A stretch of DNA of 64,000 nucleotides from Candidatus Thorarchaeota archaeon (GTDB taxonomy: Archaea; Asgardarchaeota; Thorarchaeia; Thorarchaeales; Thorarchaeaceae). The stretch is taken from positions 1-64,000 of the forward strand of contig JAFGAR010000081.1 in the NCBI GenBank assembly GCA_016933575.1. The letters run 5' to 3'. Under the pieces are notes generated by a model. The model was not told the origin of the DNA, did no database searches, and was given only the letters and a program-made list of their open reading frames with translations. Of the stretch, positions 58,444 through 64,000 are shown one piece after another. Within the stretch, counting starts at the first letter, position 1, and every line of letters starts with the position of its first letter. A program made the position numbers and the translations under genes.

Positions 58444-59661
58444 TTGAGTAATGAAGGAGTAGTAGAGCAATCAAGTGCAGGCTTACGTGAACTCGTAAAG
58501 GCTGGAGAGGAAGTAATTGGATACATCTACCCCCATGCCCCACTTGAACTAATGCTTGCACATGGCCTGACACCATCATTGGTGAGAGCTCTTCCTGGCG
58601 TTGCCAGCGGATTTGAGGAGAGTCTTCAGACCTTCGCGTGTTCGTATGTCAGAAATCTGTACAACCAACGAACGAATAATCAGCTTCCCTATCTCAGAGC
58701 TCTTTTATTTCCAAGCAATACCTGCGATTCCCTCCAAAACTTGACTGATATCTGGAGATTTAGATTTCCTAGTGATAGAGTATTCCGTCTGTCTTATCCC
58801 GTATCTCGTTATACAAATGATGACTCTGGTTTCATCTTTCTGACACAAGAACTGAAGCTTCTAAGTAAGGCAATTGAGAATATTCTTGATCGACCATTCT
58901 TGGAAAGTGGTTATGAGCGAGCTGTGAGTCTGATCCGTGACTTTCGACTCGATACGCAGTACCTATATAGCTCAAGAATTGTAGATCCCGAAGTTCTATC
59001 CTATGCTGAACTAGCTAGACTGGTTAGACAATTCTACTCAACGCCACTTCCCGTAGTTGCCTCCGAAATCCATGACATTTCTGTAGCAATACAAGAATCA
59101 ATGGAATCAAGAGGACTCTCTGATTCTGTTCTCTCAGTTATGACTGCGCTGCAGAATAGGGACTTTTCTTCTGTCAAGATTTCAAGGAATGATGCAAAAC
59201 CGCGAATCATTATTATAGGGGGGATGATTGATCCTCAAGCAATAGCATCCATAATCAATGGAATCCAAGGTGTTACTGATTCAATAATTACTTTGGATTT
59301 ACTCTCTTTTGGTTTCAAGAGCGTATTTACCCCCCCTGTAAACGAAAAGGGAGATCCCTATGAGGAGATGGCAAAATCTATTCTGGGTGCACCGGGAGAA
59401 CCTACACAAGAGGGATTGACCTATAGAATGAATTTCTTGAGAGACCTTGTCAGAGCTTTTGACATTGATGGTATTGTCATTTGTGAGCAGTCCTTCTGTG
59501 ATCCTGATCAATTTGAAGCCCCATCTATGGAAAAGGCGGCAGATAAGATTGGAGTACGTACAGTGAGAATTCCAATAGACCCTGAACTATCAGATCGTTC
59601 ACGAATGGAAGTAAGAATTCAGAGTTTCTTGGAATCGATGAGTGAAAATGAGGTGATGTAA
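58444..59661 (+). CDS. 2-hydroxyacyl-CoA dehydratase / benzoyl-CoA reductase family subunit
   Basis: PLELMLAHG, CSYVR, NTCD, FCDP, RIQSFLE. Confidence 0.88.
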   Translation: MSNEGVVEQSSAGLRELVKAGEEVIGYIYPHAPLELMLAHGLTPSLVRALPGVASGFEESLQTFACSYVRNLYNQRTNNQLPYLRALLFPSNTCDSLQNLTDIWRFRFPSDRVFRLSYPVSRYTNDDSGFIFLTQELKLLSKAIENILDRPFLESGYERAVSLIRDFRLDTQYLYSSRIVDPEVLSYAELARLVRQFYSTPLPVVASEIHDISVAIQESMESRGLSDSVLSVMTALQNRDFSSVKISRNDAKPRIIIIGGMIDPQAIASIINGIQGVTDSIITLDLLSFGFKSVFTPPVNEKGDPYEEMAKSILGAPGEPTQEGLTYRMNFLRDLVRAFDIDGIVICEQSFCDPDQFEAPSMEKAADKIGVRTVRIPIDPELSDRSRMEVRIQSFLESMSENEVM

Positions 59662-60879
59662 ATGACGGATGATAAGAAGGAAGAGAAAGTATATCGACAA
59701 CTCGCATCCAACTCATTACTTCAACAAATCATGTTTCAATACATGCTAGAAGGCATTCAAGCTAGTGATGAAAATCGGCTTGCATGGGTCACATCAGGAT
59801 TTCCCGTCGAGATTCCCGTGGCAATGGGGGTTGGTGTCAGCTATCCAGAGCAGTATGGAGCTGTTGTTGGGTCTCAAAAAGTGGGACCAGAAGTCTGCGG
59901 ATATGCTGAAGAAATTGGATACTCTCAAGAACTATGTTCCTATGCAAGATCCAGTATTGGCTCAGTTGAACATCCGAACGAGAGCCCAATGGATGGTCTT
60001 CCTAAACCACAAGCATTGCTTGCAGCCAATAATATCTGTGGCACAGTACTCAGATGGTATGATGCTGTATCAGAGCAAACCGGAGCTCCTGTGTTCTTAT
60101 TTGACACACCTCCCATCGATGGCGAACAAGCCCAGCATCACAAAGAGTATGTACGAAGAGGATTGGATCGACTGGTCGAATTTCTTAGTGACACATTCAA
60201 CACTAGTCTGACCGAAGAAAAGATGCGTGAGGTGGCGAGCCTGTCAAGCAAGGCTGTAAAACTTTGGACTAAATCTTTGGCTGCTTGTAAGACAACCCCC
60301 TCACCACTGAATTGCGCTGATAGATTCTTAGCAATGGCTCCTGTTGTATCAATGCGTGGAACTGAATTAATTATTGATTTTTATCAGACTCTCTTAGATG
60401 AAGTTGAAACTAGAGTGAAAGAAGGTATTGGAGCTATCCGGGATGAGAAGATACGACTTCTCTGGGATAACATACCACCTTGGCATTCTATTTTCAAATT
60501 CTTCAATGGACTCGCTAAGAGTGGTGTGGTCTTTCCAGCAGATACATACACTCACGCATGGTCTGGAAGCATTGAAGGTGATGATCTCTTTGGTAGCGCA
60601 GTGAATATCTATTCCAACGTCTATCTCAATAAGGGATTGAATGCCAAGATTGACAAGATGTGTGAACTAATCAAAGACTATAATCTGGATGGTTTCATCA
60701 TGTTCTCTGTACGTTCTTGTAAACGATACTCTCTTGGTCAGCTTGTATCCAAGGAAATCGTTTCAGAACGAACTGGTGTTCCCGGTGTTGTAATAGAGGG
60801 AGATATGGTAGATTCTCGTGTATTTAATGAAGCTCAGATACAGACAAGAGTCGATGCGCTTCTTGAAATGTTCATGTGA
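59662..60879 (+). CDS. 2-hydroxyacyl-CoA dehydratase / benzoyl-CoA reductase family subunit
   Basis: YPEQ, LCSYAR, LPKP, NNIC, RSCK, EGDMVD, TRVDAL. Confidence 0.92.
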   Translation: MTDDKKEEKVYRQLASNSLLQQIMFQYMLEGIQASDENRLAWVTSGFPVEIPVAMGVGVSYPEQYGAVVGSQKVGPEVCGYAEEIGYSQELCSYARSSIGSVEHPNESPMDGLPKPQALLAANNICGTVLRWYDAVSEQTGAPVFLFDTPPIDGEQAQHHKEYVRRGLDRLVEFLSDTFNTSLTEEKMREVASLSSKAVKLWTKSLAACKTTPSPLNCADRFLAMAPVVSMRGTELIIDFYQTLLDEVETRVKEGIGAIRDEKIRLLWDNIPPWHSIFKFFNGLAKSGVVFPADTYTHAWSGSIEGDDLFGSAVNIYSNVYLNKGLNAKIDKMCELIKDYNLDGFIMFSVRSCKRYSLGQLVSKEIVSERTGVPGVVIEGDMVDSRVFNEAQIQTRVDALLEMFM

Positions 60880-60889
60880 GGTCGAAACA

Positions 60890-61672
60890 GTGCATGGTCT
60901 AGGAATTGGTATTGATGTAGGTTCCACGACAACAAAGGGAATTCTTATTGACAAAGCTTTCAAGATAAAGGCAAAACACATCATACCCACTGGTGCATCT
61001 GCATCTATTGCGATCAATAGAGTGATAGAGAATCTGGAATCGCAATATGAAACAAAGCTAGATGGAATTCCAATCATAAGCACTGGATATGGTCGAACAC
61101 GCGTTGAGAATGCTGAAAAAGCAGTTACCGAGATAACATGTCACAGCATTGGTGTGTACACTCTGAATCCTGAGATACGGTTATTGGTTGATGTTGGTGG
61201 TCAGGACTCTAAGGTAATTCGTATCGGTCGTGATGGAAGACCTGAGGACTTTGAGTTAAACGATAAGTGTTCGGCTGGTACTGGACGATTTCTCGAGGTA
61301 ATGGCTCGCGTTCTGGATGTTACAATTGACCAATTGGGTCCCTTAGCGCTTCAATCAAAATCACCATCATCAATTAGCAGTACATGTACTGTATTTGCAG
61401 AGAGTGAGGTTGTAGGTCATATAGGCGCAGGTGAGAACCCTGCAGATATTGCTGCAGGTATCCACGCATCTATGGCAACCAAAATTGCATCTCTCTCAAG
61501 ACGTGTTGGTACTGCGCGTCCTGTGTGTGTTACAGGTGGGGTCGCGCTAAATCCAGCTTTTCGGTATTATCTTGCTAAACTTCTTGATACAGAGTTATGG
61601 GTGCCTGATATTCCACAACTGACTGGAGCCCTAGGTGCTGCTGTGATTGCTATTCGTGGGATAAGCAGCTAA
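60890..61672 (+). CDS. Acyl-CoA dehydratase activase (HgdC-type ASKHA ATPase)
   Basis: GIDVGSTTTK, TGYGR, EITCH, DVGGQDSK, NDKCSAGTGRF, STCTVFAESE, TGGVA. Confidence 0.95.
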   Translation: MHGLGIGIDVGSTTTKGILIDKAFKIKAKHIIPTGASASIAINRVIENLESQYETKLDGIPIISTGYGRTRVENAEKAVTEITCHSIGVYTLNPEIRLLVDVGGQDSKVIRIGRDGRPEDFELNDKCSAGTGRFLEVMARVLDVTIDQLGPLALQSKSPSSISSTCTVFAESEVVGHIGAGENPADIAAGIHASMATKIASLSRRVGTARPVCVTGGVALNPAFRYYLAKLLDTELWVPDIPQLTGALGAAVIAIRGISS

Positions 61673-61790
61673 AACTTCCTCATACTCAAATATGAAAAGG
61701 GTTGGAACTTCTTTCTAAAATGGGGCCTCTACCATCAAGGATATTAATGCTAGACTAAGCCTCGCCAACTCGAAGTCGACAGGTGCGTAG

Positions 61791-62129
61791 GTGATACATT
61801 TGGATCTTGTATTCGGATTTACACTTGTGATTGTTCTCAGTTTCCTGTTTGCCGCAGTGATCATATTAATTGGTCGTGCGGTCGCTCCAGAAGCACGATT
61901 GATAGGAGGGGCTGTAGAGTCGTATGCTTGTGGAGAGCCTGCATTCTTAGGCGGAAAAGTGCAGTTTAATCTCGAGCTCTTCAACTACGCATTGTACTTC
62001 ATGCTCTTTGATATTGTTGGCTTTATTCTGTTCCTCTCATGGGCTAGCCCAAGTATCATTGTAATCGTATATTTAGTCATGACCTTGGTTGCAGCAGCCT
62101 ATGTATCAGTCAGTCCTCAGGATGAATAG
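61791..62129 (+). CDS. nuoA: NuoA-like membrane subunit
   Basis: YACGE, YALYFMLFD; three TM helices. Confidence 0.88.
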   Translation: MIHLDLVFGFTLVIVLSFLFAAVIILIGRAVAPEARLIGGAVESYACGEPAFLGGKVQFNLELFNYALYFMLFDIVGFILFLSWASPSIIVIVYLVMTLVAAAYVSVSPQDE

Positions 62130-62140
62130 GAGATGATTTC

Positions 62141-62632
62141 GTGGGATTTCTAAAACGTCTTATCAACAAGGCACGCGTAAAATCGCCATACGTTTTTCAC
62201 TTCAACTCAGGGAGCTGCAATGGTTGCGATATTGAGATCATCGCCGCCCTAATGCCAAGGATAGACCTTGAGAGATTTGGCGTGAAGCTCGTTGGAAGTC
62301 CGAGACATGCAGATATTATGCTCTGTACCGGACCAGTAACTGAACAGATTAAACCAAGGCTTCAGAAGATTTACGAACAGATGGCTGAACCAAAATTCGT
62401 AGTAGCAGTTGGATCATGTGCATGCAGTGGTGGAGTATTTAGAAGTGGATACAATGTATTGGGTGGCGTAGACCAAGCGATTCCCGTAACAGCATACATT
62501 CCAGGATGCCCGCCTAAACCTTCAGCAATCACATTTGGTGCCTACAAACTCCTTGAAGTGCTCTCAGAGGCACTTAATAGAGAGGCTCCTGAGGTCGCAC
62601 CAGCTACTGAGAAGGAGGCTGTAGAAGCATGA
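62141..62632 (+). CDS. nuoB: NuoB-like / group 4 hydrogenase small subunit
   Basis: GSCNGCDIE, SPRHAD, GSCACSGG, IPGCPP. Confidence 0.92.
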   Translation: MGFLKRLINKARVKSPYVFHFNSGSCNGCDIEIIAALMPRIDLERFGVKLVGSPRHADIMLCTGPVTEQIKPRLQKIYEQMAEPKFVVAVGSCACSGGVFRSGYNVLGGVDQAIPVTAYIPGCPPKPSAITFGAYKLLEVLSEALNREAPEVAPATEKEAVEA

Positions 62633-63198
62633 GTGAAGAGACAGAGTTTGTAAGTGAGCATCATCCAGCTCCAAATGATGAAAGACATCAGCAAGAATAT
62701 TCATTGATGCAGAAAATAAAGAATGATCTTGGTGACGCCATTATTGATGATGGTACATATGTTCACCTACAGCCTCGAAGATTATTCATACAGGTTCGAC
62801 CAGACAGGCTTCGTGATGTCATCAAATACATGCAAGAAACTCACGATATGTGGCAATTTTCTACTCTCTCAGGTAGAGACTTGGGTGACGACCTACAAGC
62901 AGTCTATCACTTCTTTTTGACAGAAACGAAAGTTGGAATTAGCTTTAGAGTGAATGTTCCACGTTCGAAGCCTGAGTATTCTTCGATTACAGACCTGGTC
63001 CCCGCAGCAGAATATGTTGAGAACGAACTCCGAGAACTCTTCGGCGTCATCACAGCTGGTCATCCTTATGTTAGACGTGTTGAACTTCCAGAGAATTGGC
63101 CCAAGAATGAATATCCAATGAGAAAAGATTGGGCAGATCCTCGAGGTCTGATGGAGCGCTCTAAAACACTTGGTGCAAAAGCAGTGGAGGATTTGTAA
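62629..63198 (+). CDS. nuoC: NuoC-like subunit
   Basis: SITDLVPAA, ENELRELFG, GHP, YPMRKD. Confidence 0.9.
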   Translation: MSEETEFVSEHHPAPNDERHQQEYSLMQKIKNDLGDAIIDDGTYVHLQPRRLFIQVRPDRLRDVIKYMQETHDMWQFSTLSGRDLGDDLQAVYHFFLTETKVGISFRVNVPRSKPEYSSITDLVPAAEYVENELRELFGVITAGHPYVRRVELPENWPKNEYPMRKDWADPRGLMERSKTLGAKAVEDL

Positions 63199-63199
63199 G

Positions 63200-64000
63200 A
63201 TGACTGAAACTAGTGAGAGAAAAATTGTAACACCACCACGAATCTCAATTCCCATTGGTCCGCAACACCCCGCCCTAAAAGAACCAGGAATGTTCAAGCT
63301 CACTATCGAAGGAGAAAAGATAGTGGATGCCGAGGTAAATATTGGTTACAACCATCGAGGAATCGAGAAGATTGCCGAGGGTAATACGCACCTCCAGAAT
63401 CTATACCTTATGGCAAGAATCTGCGGTATCTGCTCAGCCACCCATAATGGCAACTATGCACAAGCTGTTGAGTTTGCTGCTGAAATCGAGATTCCGGAAC
63501 GCGCTAGATTCCTACGAACCCTTGTCTGGGAACTTGAGAGAATTCATTCCCACCTCCTATGGCTTGGTGTTGCTTTCCACGAAGTGGGTTTTGATACTGC
63601 TTTCATGTATTCTTGGCGAGACCGTGAAGTTGTCATGGATATGCTTGAGGATATATCAGGCAATCGAGTGAACTATGATTTCAATACAATTGGCGGCGTT
63701 CGCCGAGATGTGAATGACATTCTTATTCAACGTCTTAGAAAGGGTCTCGATAAGCTGGAAAAGCGAACACTCTATTATCGAGATGTAGCAATCCACGAGA
63801 AGACTTTTTGGAACCGTGTTGATGGTGTTGGACTCCTTCCAACTCATCTGGCGAAGAGTCATGGTGCTGTCGGTCCGACCGCAAGAGGCAGCAATGTGCC
63901 TATTGATGTTCGTTTCAACGACCCAACACAGGCATATGTGAACCTTGTTGACTCTGGAGAGTTTGAGATGGTTCTTTCTGATAGATGTGATGTTGCTGGT
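63200..64000 (+). CDS. Group 4 [NiFe]-hydrogenase large subunit / NuoD-like (partial, runs off the window)
   Basis: Hand translation: IPIGPQHPALKEP, GYNHRGIEK, L1 motif RICGICS, ELERIHSHL, GPTARG. Confidence 0.9.
   Translation, partial: MTETSERKIVTPPRISIPIGPQHPALKEPGMFKLTIEGEKIVDAEVNIGYNHRGIEKIAEGNTHLQNLYLMARICGICSATHNGNYAQAVEFAAEIEIPERARFLRTLVWELERIHSHLLWLGVAFHEVGFDTAFMYSWRDREVVMDMLEDISGNRVNYDFNTIGGVRRDVNDILIQRLRKGLDKLEKRTLYYRDVAIHEKTFWNRVDGVGLLPTHLAKSHGAVGPTARGSNVPIDVRFNDPTQAYVNLVDSGEFEMVLSDRCDVAG

Noticed and set aside
58444-61672. Class I benzoyl-CoA reductase call
   Set aside because: Only one activase gene with both cluster Cys is present, whereas BCRs use two different ATPase subunits; kept at family level.
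63342-63671. 109-aa ORF in the supplied track
   Set aside because: Off-frame within the hydrogenase large subunit gene starting at 63200, which the track omitted because it has no stop in the window.

Overview
Dense, roughly 41% GC archaeal chromosomal segment. It is most consistent with an Asgard archaeon, Thorarchaeia-like; this is an inference from TATA-type promoters, an IDLSPL-type LRR protein, a paralogous PMGTxTKYYPFID TPR-like family, and co-occurring group 3b and group 4 [NiFe]-hydrogenases. It encodes anaerobic redox and carbon metabolism: a tungsten/molybdenum aldehyde:ferredoxin oxidoreductase with two MoaD/ubiquitin-fold proteins, a hydBGDA group 3b hydrogenase, the start of a NuoA/B/C/D-like group 4 hydrogenase operon, two acyl-CoA dehydrogenases, two acyl-CoA ligases, MenA, and a 2-hydroxyacyl-CoA dehydratase with its activase. 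It also carries housekeeping genes (compact alaS, ahcY, msrA, PiT/DUF47). No rRNA, tRNA, CRISPR array or transposase was recognised. The most system-like feature is at 10.4-17.4 kb. Four tandem 2-TM bacterial-PH (bPH_2/YdbS-like) paralogs are co-oriented with a Cys-rich split-HTH regulator and lie divergent from an ABC exporter plus a decayed second permease. The shared promoter carries four GTAAA-N2-TTTAC operator-like palindromes spaced 21/24/21 bp, overlapping both TATA boxes. Other signals: a ModE-like box upstream of AOR, heptad GATAC arrays in front of an RHH regulator and its neighbour, two GC-rich structured intergenic RNA candidates, an unannotated 55-aa double CxxC/HCG metalloprotein, a C2HC zinc finger fused to a Regnase-like NYN nuclease, and a ubiquitin-fold protein with a post-GG extension. 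All family assignments come from motif recognition by eye; no database searches were run.
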